Positions 42,885 to 56,796 are shown, counted from the first letter of the stretch. The stretch is DNA of 64,000 nt from Eledone cirrhosa (GCA_964016885.1 OZ024742.1:51026001-51090000), one strand, 5' to 3'. Program-made: numbers and translations. Notes: a model not told the origin generated them from the sequence alone.

Positions 42885-43264
42885 AATTGTTACTTCTTTT
42901 AGCACAAGCCCAGCAATTTTCGAAGTACATTACTGGTGATTTATTTTATCGACTCCGTAAGGATGAAGGGAAAGTTAACCTCAGCGGGATTTGAACTCAG
43001 ACCGAAGAGGACCGTAACTCTATAATGCAAAGCATGGCGTTCGACCTTCTACCGATACTGCCAATCCACCACCCTTAATTGTTATACTTTTGGCACAAGG
43101 CCAGCACTTAATCCAGTGAATTGTGCTTTATGTTATCGTCTCCGTAAGGATGAAAGACAAAGGTAACCTCAGCGGGATTTAAACTCAGAACGTAAAGGGC
43201 CCTAATTCCATTCTGAAAGCATGTTGTCTGACGTTCTACGGATACTGCTAAACCACTGCCCTTA
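42885..43264 (-). mobile_element. Two tandem Nin-core SINE copies
   Basis: Two successive gcacaag.ccagca...atcg.ctccgtaaggatgaa...aactcaga...ccctta units. Confidence 0.8.
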
Positions 43265-43574
43265 AAAATATAACAATAATGTTCAGGTGTTTGACATGCA
43301 GTTCTTTATTTGTTCTTTATATTTTCTTTATATTTCAGGATAAAATCCCTTTATTAAAAGATTATTAGAAGAAACTATTTTCATTGATTTTTTTTTGTTT
43401 TGTTCGTGATGAAGGTATTTTTAATATGATGAAGGTATTTTTAACTGCAAGGTAATATCACATCATTGTTTTCATCATATATTTAGCACTAACCGCCAAA
43501 TTTACATTGTGCTAACCTTGAAACAAAACACTATTTTTTATATACATATCATATATATTTCTTCTTTTACACAT

Positions 43575-43800
43575 CCATTATTGCTGCCGTGACGAGTTTC
43601 CTCCTCCAGTTCACCTTGACTAGCATTTCCGTCAGAATTTTTCCCCTGCCTCCAACCAGATGTCATATTCAAGAACATCGTTTAGTGTTCTGTTTGGTCC
43701 CCCATCATGTCTGCACTCATCAGGTTTCCATAAAAATAATCTGACAGCAGGTTCATTGTGGCGTTTCACATATCAGGCTAATGCGAGCCTCCTACAGCTT
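43575..43800 (-). mobile_element. RTE/RTE-X-like LINE 3' fragment
   Basis: RRLALA*YVKRHNEPAVRLFLWKP resembles the RRLxFAGHxxR...LWxP C-terminal motif. Confidence 0.5.
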
Positions 43801-44119
43801 ATGGTTTCATAACACGTATTTCAGTAAAAATTAAATATTTACTACACAGTAATTTCCGAAGAATACATTCGTTTCATTTGTTTATTCCTATAAATAACTG
43901 ACCTGTCTCGGAGTATTAAAATGTATTCTATTATTAGTTATTATTCTTTTCCTGTCTAGTTTTGCCGTTTAATTGCGTATCATATGATATGTGTGTGTAT
44001 GTGCATGTGTGTGTGTGTATGTGTGCGTGCGTGTGTTGAGTCTCCGTGTGTGTTTACAGAGTCTCATTCTGTGTGTTCATATTTCTTACTATCTCTCCTT
44101 TTCCGTGTGTCTCTCTCTT

Positions 44120-44161
<42 letters not shown>

Positions 44162-44429
44162 AATATATAGTTATATAGATAGATAGAATTATTTATGTAT
44201 GTATATATAATAATAAGTGTTTAGATCGATATCCAGTGATTTCGATCTCATTGTTTAGAACAATGAAAGAACATACATAGGATGAATTGTAATAAAATAT
44301 TGCTATCCAGAAGCCTATGCTATAAAAAAAAAACAGTGTAATTGTTTTATTGACTGAGTAAACAAACATGTTAAAGTACTCATATTTCATTACCTGGAAC
44401 AGCCTGTATCTTCACAGTTTACTACATAA

Positions 44430-45246
44430 AAATGCGAAATGTGTTTTATGTTGTTCCAAACATAAATTGTAAAACTAGAAATTTAGTCTATAGCATAAGA
44501 TGTACAGAGGGTACTTGCAGAAACATGACAACCAGAGACAGCTCGGACCATAGGGAATATGTTACACCAACACTGAGGGGAACTAAAAGGACACAAAGAC
44601 GGTTCTGTACTATATGAACACACCAGACGAAGACATGATGGTAATATAAACAACATAGAATTTAAAATAATGTCTAAACATGGAAATCACTCAACAGGTA
44701 GACAAATCAGGGAAGCAGCTGAAATAAAACTAAGAAAACCGAAGTTGAACAGGAAAATTAATGAAATAACAACAACAACCATATACAAACACAGGATAGT
44801 GAGATAAGATGAATATAAATAAATATACGCAGGTACAATAATAACAACCACACATAGACACACACTAGTGAGCAGAGATAAAATACACAACACACAGACT
44901 CAGACACGAACACACACCGAACAGAAAACACACCCATAAACGCATGCGTAAACAGAGACAAGCATAAAGAGAAGAAATAAATAAAAGCATAGACATTACA
45001 ATACAACGGGAGGAAATATAATAGTACCACTGATGATGACACAGGTGTGTGATGAACTAACTTTGATAGACTATATATATGTATATATATATGTTTAACT
45101 GTTGGTCAATCAATGATAAACATTGATTGCCAGGTAAAATAACTATAGGGATATAGAATATACAGAAGTGAAAACCAGTCCATACAAAACAGTTTGTTTT
45201 TTAGTTATTTCTCCCAATATTATAACGATATGAGCATCCTCAAGTA

Positions 45247-45250
<4 letters not shown>
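44430..45250 (+). mobile_element. Diverged copy of the second PLE family (GIY-YIG plus pLTR)
   Basis: PNINCKTRNLVYSIRCTEG; similar to 31845-32620; decayed HHR at ~45025-45070; ends at (TA)n. Confidence 0.75.
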
Positions 45251-45288
<38 letters not shown>

Positions 45289-45289
45289 T

Positions 45290-45935
45290 CGAGTAAAATT
45301 CCCGAGATCGCCGGATCAGTTTCTCTCCAGCGATCTCTGTCCCTCATTATCGCTGCCATATCCCACGTCTCCAACAGAAGAATGCCTGTCCTTAGGGCAT
45401 CAACATGTTGACCTCGGTCTTCGTATTCCAGTGTGTCCTTGCACGGGCTCCCACAGTAGCACTGAGTGCAGTGTCAGCTCTGGATGTCGGTGAGCATGTC
45501 CGGCTAACCTGTTTCCTCTGTGTCACTTTTCAGCTGACTTTTGGGAGGCTCCCATACAGCTATGAGTTTTTCATCCTCAGTGTATACTGATTAATGTTCA
45601 GAGCCATCCTCAGCATTCTCGTGTAGCACCCATCCACCATATGAGTGAGTTTCTTGGTCAGTGTCCAAGTCTAAGACCAGTACAGCAGCAGAGACTCCAC
45701 TACAGCAATGAATAGGCGGATCTTCAGGGCTTTACGAAGGTCTGACCTGCACACCGATGTCAAGCTGTAGCACGCTTCCCAAGGTTTCCTCTTGCTCTCT
45801 ACCACATCATCTTCCGTATTCCCAAACTTTGCTCCCAAATACGGGAATTCCTCAACCAACTCTAGCGGCTTCCCGCCTACATTAGTATCCCCTCCGGCTT
45901 CTCAACATTCTCTACCAGATATGTTGTCTTAATCT
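45290..45935 (-). mobile_element. RTE/RTE-X-like LINE 3' fragment
   Basis: VEEFPYLG...LKIRLFIAVVESLLLYWS*TWTLTKK...DGCYTRMLRMALN; bounded by (TA)n on both sides. Confidence 0.8.
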
Positions 45936-46201
45936 CATATATATATATATATGAATGAGTCATGACCCAGAGAGCAGAGATCATATATCTATATATAACA
46001 AAGAAAGAGTCTGTGATAAGGAACCAGGTCGACCATAACGCACCAGTGTATTCGATACTTAGGATAGTAGAGTGGGTAATAGGAAAATAGTCAGGACACC
46101 GACGGCTGAGCTCCGGCGGTTTCGACAGCTAGATCCGAACAGATTGGAGCTCAGCCGGAGCTCAGCCGTCGGGGTCCTGACTCTTTTCCTATATATATAT
46201 A

Positions 46202-46246
<45 letters not shown>

Positions 46247-47519
46247 GCGCGCGCGCGTGTATGTGTATGTGTGTGTGTGTGTGTGTATTTGTATATATGT
46301 TTGTGTCTCTGTGTGTGTACTGTAAATCTACGAATTTACTGAATCCATTAATAATTAGATTATTAAAATTATAAAATCATATTTCAAGGATTTAAGAATT
46401 AGAAAATGTTTTAAGCAGTGTTGTTCTTGTGAATTATCTGATTTTCAGAATGCTAACAAGTAGCAATAAATTGTAACATACTTATTTACCCAAAACATTA
46501 ATTCTATACTGATTGAAATAGAGATAGTTTTTGAAATTTAATGCTCCCTATGTGATAGAAAGAAATCTGATTCTGAGTATGTTATGTTATATGTTAATTT
46601 CCATAATCATTCAATTTTGTTAGTATATATTTTAATTTATATGTATAGTTAGAAAATAAAAAAAAGACCTAAACAAAAGAACATACAATGGAGACACAAC
46701 AAACATCATGACAGCACAATAGCAATCATATGTTTATACATTAACAGTCAACTAAATATTGCAGCTCACTAAGGAACCGAAAACAATATTTTATACGGAT
46801 TCACCCAAAAACTTTGATATGATACGCTCCACATTAGGGATAAATTTATCTTTCATTACGAAAACAGATTTAAAAGTGCATACGCATCTAGAGATATGCA
46901 CTTGTATCCTAACAATAATGACTCTTATATTTTACAAATCTGCAGCTTCTATTAAGTTACCGATATGTTATGGAGGATTTATTTTTATTTCATATAATCG
47001 ACCCCAATATTTGGAACGTGATTAATTGATCCCTGCAAATATGATTAGAAGTACACGACCTCAGCTAGATATGACCCCAATATGCATTTTTGCGTAACTA
47101 AATACCCAAAGGCATATCCGTCATTCTTCAGAACAATGAAGGATTACAATATCGAATTTGATTATATTTTGGTGGAATAGCTGAAACTTTATATAATTCA
47201 TTTATAGTGACAATAATTTCCTTCTTTAGATATTAAATTATTTATATTTCTGTCAGTCGCCTGATACAAATAAATGAAGTACCAGTACTATACTGGTTTT
47301 ATGTGAAAAAAATGTTGTTTCTTTTTTCTATTATTCTTGTGTTTTTCTTTTTTTTCTTATTTACACTAAAAGTAATAATAACTTAGGCCCGTTTGTCACC
47401 ATACCTCCAACAAGAATGTATTACCTTGTGTTTTAATTGTCAGAATAATGAATACTGTCTGCTATTATTTGATCTTCTGCATAATTTACTCTCATTTAAG
47501 GGCTAATCGCTTCGTGGTC

Positions 47520-47905
47520 CCTACGATTAGAATGGAGAAAAGGTTGCCCCAGACGTTGGCGAATGAGACGGTTGGAATAGGCATTCAAACACGCAGCTTT
47601 TAATCCTGTGTATAGCCAACTCTACCCTCATAGTAGAGAATAAGATGTGGTCAGGAGGCCAAGTATGTCTGTAGTCTCCACTGCCACAAGTTCACCCATA
47701 AACCTATCCGAGAGTGCCTGATATTTCGACAGTTTTCCCTATTCAGTCTAACGAGCAGCGAAGCCTGGGTTATTCTCAGAAGGCACCAGATTGAGACTAG
47801 AGAAATTGTCACAACGTGTAGCATCCCACACCAGGGACCTTCCTCCGCGGAACGGGATGATTGTCATGCCGTCTGACCCTTTACCATTCCCGCAAATCAG
47901 CCCGC
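47520..47905 (-). mobile_element. CRE-clade RLE endonuclease fragment
   Basis: NGKGSDGMTIIPFRGGRSLVWDATRCDNF matches the DGKRPDGxTxxPWxxGxxLVWDAT motif. Confidence 0.8.
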
Positions 47906-50444
47906 TGAAATATATCATACATAAAATATGCATGGTTACAAGAACTTGATTATCATGTCAGAAATACGTACATCGCAATATAAATAGATATCCACTTGCT
48001 AGTTCAGGTTAAATATTGTTTGATAGTTTGGTAAATTATATTAAATACCACTTGGATTTGCTGCATAATTATTGACTATAGCATTACTCGATATCAATAT
48101 GGATTTCATAGCCAATTTTACAAGCTCTGTCGAGATGTATGTATTTTATTATCCAATATAGTTACAGATATAAGAAACACTGAATCGATCCAATGATTAA
48201 AGACATATTGGTCTCAATCGTTTGCCTAAGGCCATATTCAACGAAATCCGCACATGTATTGTATTTTAACATTTGAATATGATTATCTTTATTGCGTTGG
48301 ATAGTGGTTTCTTTTATTTATTTGTTTTCTTCTGTTACAAGGCCGTATATATTATTTTGTTTTCTTCATGAATATAGCTGAGAACTTGGTGGAATCTAAA
48401 TCTCCATAAGTTGATCGAAACACGATATTAGCTGAAATTAATAGGTGACTATAATTCGTAGTAATGGAAATGAGTTATTTTGAATAATCGACTTAACGAA
48501 TCGAGGTATCAAATATAATATCTGAATATAATATCGGAAACATTCCGTATAGGTAATAAAAAAATAAAACTTGTTGATATTAAAGTTGATATATATATCG
48601 TAATAGTATACGTCTGTATATTGTGAGTCGAGAAAATGTTGCTTGCCTATTTACAACTATGTAATGTTTATCTTGAGTTATGTGTGCCATATATTTGATT
48701 ATGTATGTATATATTTCTTCATAGAAACTATAAACACACAATAGATTCCATATTTGATATACTAGTGTTTGATATCATAAAAGTCGAATACAAATACAAA
48801 GCTCTATGATACGATTTCTGAGGAGGTGTAGAGACCTGAAACATATTTTTCCTCTCTCCAATATAGATTATGCTGGGATATATTACACATAATATATGAT
48901 ACATACAATGATCTTTCTATTGACATTTGTATCATGTCCACAAATGTTGACACCATGTGTAAATATTGATATAAGATGCCTGAATATTCCTGTTGAAATT
49001 ATAAATATCTAATTATAAGCGCTAGTGTAAACATCACATTGTTCACTAATCTAAATATTTTGGACTCTCGATTTATTATAGATAATATCAAGGGAAAGGT
49101 GATATGTGTAAAGACAGACCCCGATCTCGGTGAAACATCGAAATAACGTCTCATTTCAAGAGCCACATACATGAATGAAGAAATAGCACAGAGAAGGAAT
49201 TCCAGTCATTTCATCGTAGGAAAACAGAATTCAGAAGATAGGCGACGATTAATGGGGACAGCAATATCTCAAATATGTATGAATGTTTGAAATTATGATG
49301 AAGACCTCGTAAAATCCCATACATTAGCATTTTCCGCCTTGTTCGTGAGCCGACAGAAAGCTATATTTAAAACTGCTTGCTGCACACTCATATTTCAAAT
49401 AATGTTAATTAATGTGTCTTTACATGCCTTGTCAAACATCCATTTCTGTAGCATATTTTGGTCCCACGACTCGGTAAAAGTCCATTCAATCTTAGTTGTT
49501 TTACCGCATTTGGATCACGTCACCCTATAACTCTAGTGAAACAGTTTGTATCGCAGCTTTTCTATGTATCTAGTCTATATTTCCCATTTCGCCACTCACG
49601 AAAACGCATCAGCCACCACATAGAAACAGACACCTACACATGCGCGCGCGCACACACACACGCACACGCACACACACATATATATATAGGTATATATAAT
49701 CTGCATCAGGCGTTCAGATCAAATGTTCACATTAATCTGTACAAAATTTTCGCTAACTTGAAGTAGTGAACTAAATCATTAGTGATCAGTAGATTGTTGT
49801 ATTTACCTTAACCGACTTCCTACATAGTTTCTCATAATGTTATTGTTTTCTTAGTAGAGAGCTGCAAATGAAATGCGTTACAAAAAGTCCATTAAAACAT
49901 CTTTTTAAAAATACAACGCATTACGACATGGAACAAAAAAATGATTTCCCCGGGGTGAAGAGAGAATTTGGCGTTACTCATGTTTTAGGAAATGTGAATG
50001 CATTAAGTAGCTACGATGACAAATAGTTAACCTCATGACATTAAAATAAATTCAGTTGATAATAAGTTAAATTCCGTTTTTTATATTGCTTTCCAAAAGA
50101 TTAGGAATGTTGAAAGCTAAAAGCTGACATTAATACGCTACAGATAATAGAGGTTTTCTATCATACTTTAGAAAGCTCTTGAGTTTTCATGCAAGATAAA
50201 TACAAGAAAAGAATGTGGAGGATAAAGGTTATAGATGAATAATAATTTATTGTAATGTCAATATCAGCATTGGTATTATTTCAGGATTCTAAGTAAAATA
50301 TATTTCATCCAAGCATTAGAACCGAATATGAGAACTTCTAATCATCTAGGAGATAACTCAATGTTGCACGGTTATATCAATTTTACTATTTAGATAATTT
50401 TGTATCGCTGTTTCTATATATAACAGAATATGAGTGCCATAATA

Positions 50445-50845
50445 ATTCTAAGTTCAGCACAACGCTAACAATTTAGGGAAGGAGAAACGCGATTATATCG
50501 ACCGCTTTTTATAACTGGTACTTTATTTTAACCCAGGTAGAAGGAGGAAGAGCAAGGCTGACTATGGAGAAAATTGAGCCAGAAAAAATACTACTAAATA
50601 TTAATCAGTTGCTCTAACGATTCTTCCAATACAACGCCCATAAGTACAAAAATAAGTGTCTTATATTAGCAAACCCAAACCCCTCGAATTCAAGGGGATG
50701 GTAAAGCCAATTAAATTAACTCCAGTGCGGGAATGAAACTTTATTTTATCGACCTCATAAAGATAAGAGGCAAATATGGTCTCGGCGTCACTTGGAGCAG
50801 AACAAATACAACTACTGGATACTCAAATGATACACTCAATCCCTT
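50445..50845 (-). mobile_element. Two old, degraded SINE copies
   Basis: Residual actggtactttatttta...gaagg and ttattttatcgacctcataaagat cores. Confidence 0.55.
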
Positions 50846-50864
50846 AACAAGTATAATAATAATT

Positions 50865-51640
50865 TCTTCATTGGCCAAATGGGCCTACATATATGGAACA
50901 ATACAGTAGCTGGGGACAGTGGGTATTTACAAATAACATCGAGTAAAAATATGAATGGCAATAATAGCAATTAACAAAAAAAACAACATCAATGAAAATT
51001 CCCTTATAGGGGTATAACCACTCAGGGCCGTCTCAGGTACCCCATAAATGCTAAACCACACGGTGTGTCGCGGGCACTCGGGAAATACACTCTTCTCCGC
51101 ATTAAATAAAACAGCCTACCGGCTCAAGCTCTGAGTAGCCCCATTCACAGGGGCATTCTCGCCACATTCACCCAATTTTCAGCAAATGTACTGGAGGACA
51201 GCACTTCTTTCTCCAACCTAAAACATTATTTCGAAGTGAAACTTGAAAAAGTCGATTGGGGATTAGGCGAAGAGAAAAGTGTCTCTCTCTTCTATAAAAA
51301 AAAGTCAGTGTGCTCAGCATCTGAAGAGACAAGTGCGTGCCGTCCAACAAAGTCATCGGAGTGACCGATGAAATTGAAAGTGTTCTGGACCTCCTATTGT
51401 AAAGAAACAAGGGCGAGGTGACGAGCAGCGTAACCACTCTCACCCAGAAATTGAATGAGAGGAATCTATCCCTGAAAGGTTACGTTGAGGTGGTGAACAC
51501 GCTCATTGCGTCGGCCATCTACTGATGACAGTCATGCCAACACATAAGCCTCGCCCGATTGCACTGGGGCGATTTTTCCCTGTTTGCTAAAGGGACTCGC
51601 TGCGTACTTCAAGTGATAAATCTGCTGTCGAGACACCACG
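50865..51640. mobile_element. Rearranged Tx1/L1-like LINE remnant
   Basis: + strand RNLSLKGYVEVVNTLIASAIY* at ~51460-51527 resembles the Tx1 RxLSxxGRxxVxNxL motif; the left part looks like an inverted 3' end. Confidence 0.5.
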
Positions 51641-51829
51641 CAGAGAGAGAGAGACAGAGAATTAAAGTGTTCGCTCCAATAACATAGCTCTATACACACA
51701 AGCATGTGTATGTTATTTATCGAATGTATTTGGTATGTTTCCGAATAAACATTTCAAAGCATTTAGCTAAGTATTCAAAGGTTTATTGTAAACATACAGC
51801 ATAGGTTAGTCGTTACTGATATCGCAGTA

Positions 51830-54132
51830 AGCAAGATACGGAATGAGACATACAGGAAGGTGTGGAGAAGAAAGGTCTGGAAGTTAAAAGACCTTTCACT
51901 AAAATAAAAATTTAGGAAAGCCCTTCAAGATGTGTATGACGAAAAAGAATACGATTTGGCGTCGTATGACATAGATGATAGCTGGAATTTCTTACGTGAC
52001 AACTTACTGGTGGTGGAACACCTAGTGGTGGAATAGCGCGGTAGATAGGGCCAATAGAGACAAACGACTAGCATGGAATGCTTGGAAAAATGGTGGGAGT
52101 AGAGAATGATATACAGCCGCTATGAGAGAAGCTAGACGTCAGGTGTACTTAGCACGCAGGTGTGTGGGGGGGGGGGGCAGAGAGTAGGAGGTTTGCCAAT
52201 GTTCTGCGACGGGAAGGTCATAGACGTGCGGCGTTTCGCATTGCAAGGCAGTGCAAATCAGGATGTTGTTGGAGATAGATGTGTACAGAATGATTACGGT
52301 GTATTTAGTTTCACGAATGATCAGAACAAGGATACCTGGAAATGTCATTATGAGAGACTGGTGAATGTGGAGAACGGATGGGAGAGAAATTACCTCCAGT
52401 ATATCCGACAGAAAGACCAGCTATTGAGATTGACGAATATAGGGTCCAAGAGGCGATTAAGGAAATGAAAAACGGTAAGGCAGCTTGACCGTCGGGGAGT
52501 GTTGCTGAGATGCCGAAGGCGTCGGGGGACGTAGGCACTAAACTGATTGCACGCATCACCAATCAGGCTATATATGGCGGTGTCATACCCAAAGACTGGT
52601 GCAGCAGTATTCTCATAAATTGCTACAAAAGTAAAGGGGATGCTCTGGAGAGGAGCAATAATAGGGGCATGAAACTGATGGTTCAGGTCATGAAAGTGGC
52701 AGAAAGGATATTAGCGCAACTAATTAGAGAAAGGGTCAAACTAGATGAGATGCAGCTTGGTTTTGTGCCTGGAAAAAAAACAACGGATGCCCACTTCTTA
52801 GTGAGTTGATTACAAGAGAGGTTCTTGGAGAAGATTAAGCCACTATACTTAGCTTTTGTTGACCTTTAGAAGGCATTTGATAGGGTACCACGATCTGTCA
52901 TCTGGTGGTCCCTAAGGAAGCTGGGTGCTGAGGAATGGCTTGTGAGGACAGTGCAAGCTTTGTACAAAGGTTCTGTCAGTAAAGTGAGAGTAGGAATGGA
53001 GCTTAGTGAGGAATTCCAAATACAAGTAGGAGTACATCAGGGTTCGGTCCTCAACCCGCTCTTGTTCATTATAGTCATCCAAGCCATAACATAGGAATTT
53101 AAGACTGGCTGTCCATGGGAACCTCTCTATGCTGACGATCTGGTTCTCATAGCAGAATCAGTAGAGGAGCTGGAGTAAAGATTCTGGCTATGGAAACAGC
53201 AGTTGAAATCAAGAGAAATGAGAGTGAACCTAGCTAAGACAAAAGTGTTGATGAGTAGAAAAGAGGAAAAAACTCTGATTCTGTCAGGGAAATGGCCATG
53301 TTCGACATGCAAAACAAGAACAGGCATAAATTCTATAAAATGTACACAATGCAGACCTTGGTTACACAATAGATGTAGCGGGATAGCAGGCAAACTAACA
53401 GGTAGGGATAAATATGTATGCAGTAGATGCACAGGGAAATTTGACAGAAGTTGCATTGATAGACAGATTTTTCTATTACAGGTGGGTACTATAGAACTGG
53501 TTGATAGCTTCCAGTACCTAGGTGATCAGATTAGCATGGGAGGGGGTGTTCCGAGGTCACATAATCTAGAATAAGAACGGGTTGGAAGAAGTGTTGCAAA
53601 AGGCCGGTTATATGATGCCTGTGTGAGGTACGCGAAGCTGCATGGTAGACAGACATGGGCAGCAACTGCAGAGGATATGCGACGGCTGGAGAGAAATGTG
53701 GCAAGCATGCTCCGTTGGATGTGCAATGTCAATGTGCGTGAACGACCGAGCATGGATGTGTTAGAGAGAAACTGTGTCTGAGAGGGATAAATCGTCCTGT
53801 GCGGGAGAGGAGGCTGCGATGGTATGGACATGTGATGCGCATGGAGGATGACCGATGAGTGAAGAAGTGCCAAGAAATGCCAGTTGAAGGAGACGTAGTA
53901 GAGGAAGACCACGAAAAACATGGGCGGTGGTGGAGAGAGCGTACCTCAGATCGCTGAAGATTCACGGTGGAGATGACAAAGGACCGTGATAAGTGGAGAG
54001 ATGGTATGCTGAATAGGACCCCACCCCCCTTGCAAACAGGGAAAAGTGGACGTAAAATCATGATGTTGATGGTGATATATATATATATGCAAGCAGGAAA
54101 ATGCGGACGTAAAATGATAATGATGATGATGA
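51830..54132 (+). mobile_element. Decayed RTE-clade LINE (RT, Cys-rich insert, C-terminus, (GAT)n tail)
   Basis: IPKDW...YKSKGD...NNRGMKL...QLGFVPG..TTDA, FVDL*KAFDRV, HQGSVLNP, LYADDL, FQYLG, RLRWYGHVMR; several stops and frameshifts. Confidence 0.92.
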
Positions 54133-54139
54133 TATATAT

Positions 54140-54393
54140 ATCATCACCATCAACATTTTACATCCGCGTTTCCCTGCTTGCAAGGGTGGGTCGGACCCTA
54201 TTCAACATAGCATCTCTCCACTCTCACGGTCCTTTGTCAGCTCCACCGCGAGATTCAGCCATCTTAGGTCCAATTTCCCCCACCTTCGCCCATGTTTTAT
54301 GTGGTCTTCCTGTACTACGTCTTTCTTCAACTGGTATTTCTCGGCACTTCTTCACCCATCGGTCATCCTCGATGCGCATCACACGTCCATACA

Positions 54394-54394
<1 letters not shown>
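54140..54394 (-). mobile_element. Second RTE 3' end, tail-to-tail with the 51830-54132 copy
   Basis: Reverse-complement similarity to 53820-54070 (cttcttcac.catcggtcatcctc.atgcgcatcaca). Confidence 0.85.
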
Positions 54395-54454
<60 letters not shown>

Positions 54455-54751
54455 GTATGAAAGGTCTTTTTTCTAAGCGCTCATATATTCACCTAGCTTA
54501 TGCTAACAGAATAACTATGAAGCTTGTCTCCTTCTTTCTACGGTTAGCTATCCTCTTTGTTGTTATCTTGTCTCACTCGCTTTACGCGTTTCAATTGTCC
54601 TAATAACTTAATTCAGTTATTATTGCACCGACATGAAGTATATGATTTTTAATGCAATGAAATATCTATGATCGTCGGCAAATCACTGATGAGGGACTTA
54701 TTTTATTACATGTTATCCATGTACAACCAGCAGTATTCTTCTCCCCATTTT

Positions 54752-54789
<38 letters not shown>

Positions 54790-54933
54790 TATTTACGTAT
54801 CACCGGCCAGAGTTACCTCCCTTGACCTGCTGCAAAATCAAAATAAGATATTTTTGCGAGCAATGAACCTTGATGTAGATTTAACCCCCAATACTCTTTC
54901 CGAGCAATATAAGGAACACTTGTGATTATTTAT

Positions 54934-54973
54934 GCTCTTGAGAAGCCCAACTGGGCGAAACGTACGTAGGTGC
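54934..54973 (+). ncRNA. Candidate minimal hammerhead with U3-A8 core (UUGAGAA)
   Basis: UUGAGAA-gccc-aacu-gggc-GAAAC-guac-GUA; perfect helix II and palindromic ACGUACGU, but weak helix I. Confidence 0.55.
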
Positions 54974-55028
54974 TGTTTTAAATAAACATGTTTTAACGGT
55001 CTATTCTCCGATTTTTTTACTTTCCCAC

Positions 55029-55097
<69 letters not shown>

Positions 55098-55187
55098 CAA
55101 GAAAGTAAGTGTTGGTAAAATCCAGTACTTCAGTATGCGGATAGGGAAGATATAAATTCTCCACGAAGATATAAATTTCGGAGTTAT

Positions 55188-55487
55188 AATATTGACGAAA
55201 CATAAGTCAATTGCATGAACTCATAATCCTTTATTTACTGCTATACATATTTAGATGATAGCCATTGGATGGCTATGACCTCATCAGGCAGTTAATCAGT
55301 TCTTAGATATGCCAGCTTTGTATTTATATCTAATACCATCAACACTTTAAATACAGAGCTGGCATATCTAAGAACTGACTAACTGCCTGATGAGGTCATA
55401 ACCATTCAATGGCTATCATCGAAATATATAAAGCAGTAAATAAAGGATTATGAGTTCATGCAATTGACTTACGTTTCGTCACTATAT
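55188..55487. repeat. ~300 bp palindrome of HHR family D
   Basis: tgacgaaacataagtcaattgcatgaactc... vs ...gagttcatgcaattgacttacgtttcgtca; same family as 6368-6510. Confidence 0.9.
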
Positions 55488-55594
55488 ATATATATATATA
55501 AAAATATATATATATATATATATATGCATATATATATAATAAGAAAAGAACATTTCGTTCCTCATGGCTGAATGCAATAAATGTAATCTGAGTG

Positions 55595-55813
55595 TTGCGA
55601 TTATTAATAATTGTTTCTACTTTAGGCATAAGGCCAGCAAAAACCCAATACATTACTGGTACTTTATTTTATCGACCCCGTAAGGATGAAAGGCAAAGTT
55701 AACCTCGGCGGGATTTGAACTCAGACTGTAAAGGGACGTAACTATGCTAGGAATCATGGCGTCCGACCTTCTACCCATATGCCAATTCACCGCCAATTGC
55801 GATTATTAATAAT
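55595..55813 (-). mobile_element. Nin-core SINE with 17 bp target-site duplication, inserted in the left arm of a palindrome (55575-56045)
   Basis: ttgcgattattaataat at 55595-55611 and 55797-55813 flanks the SINE. Confidence 0.85.
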
Positions 55814-56068
55814 AACATTCGATTCGTTTGCAATTATGCAAGCAAACTTCAATATTATAGCCATGTGAATGTACCCTTCATTCTTGCTCTTGTATTGGCA
55901 TGCGAACAGTACTGCATGCCAACACAAGAGCAAGAATCAAGGGTTCATTGTACTGACATGGCTACAAATTTGAGGCTTGTTTGCATAATTGCAAACGAAT
56001 CAAATGTTATAATTAATATTCGAAAAACTCAGATTACATTTATCATATATATATATATATATATATAA

Positions 56069-56545
56069 GTGGTTACACAACAGTTAGTTCACCACAGCGA
56101 GAACAATTGTTTCACCTTAGCGGATCCTCAGCTCGTAATGGACATGGTTATACGGAACAGGAAGGACAACCATACGAACGCGCATGCGCAGAAACGGTCA
56201 CTTCACACAGGCAATACTAAATTGCGTGCGAGAGGTGTTAGGGAGATAACTGCGGAAGTCCGAAAATTTCTGGTTGATAAGAAAATTAGGATGTTGTTGT
56301 AAATCAATCCGGAGCTTTGTAGTTGTGTAAGAGGTGTTTCTAGACGTGTGAACAACGTGTGAAGAATTCATTTTTCGTGGTTAGGCGATCACTATTGAGT
56401 AATCTCTTTAGAATATGTATTCGTTCATCAATACATAGTCCATACGACGGATTGGACCTTGCGTATGGCTTGGACTTAGTGATTGCTTTCCATTGAATGG
56501 AGTAGTCTATACTTGAGTCCTTGAGATACCATACGTGGCTCGCGA
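56069..56545 (-). mobile_element. Naiad-like PLE 3' fragment
   Basis: Same family as 14018-14833 and 61600-62050; 3' end gtgtaaccac adjoins (TA)n. Confidence 0.88.
56098..56135 (-). ncRNA. Minimal hammerhead ribozyme, family H, at the Naiad-like 3' terminus (mutated copies 14047-14084 and 61629-61666)
   Basis: cgag-CUGAGGA-u-cc-gcuaa-gg-u-GAAAC-aauu-GUU-cucg; palindromic ACAAUUGU. Confidence 0.75.
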
Positions 56546-56750
56546 GTGGCCTTTCTCACATCTGATGTGAGAAAAAGCACAGACCCGCTATCTCGACTAC
56601 GAAACCGGTAAAGGAACCAAATAAATATATATATTTTAAAAAAAAAGACTGCAGTTAAATTTCCGATTTCCTTCTTTTTTTTTCCTCATACTTCCACTCG
56701 CGTAGGACACCTCGGTTAATTTTCCTTCTGTAAAAAAAAAATCATTTTCT

Positions 56751-56796
<46 letters not shown>

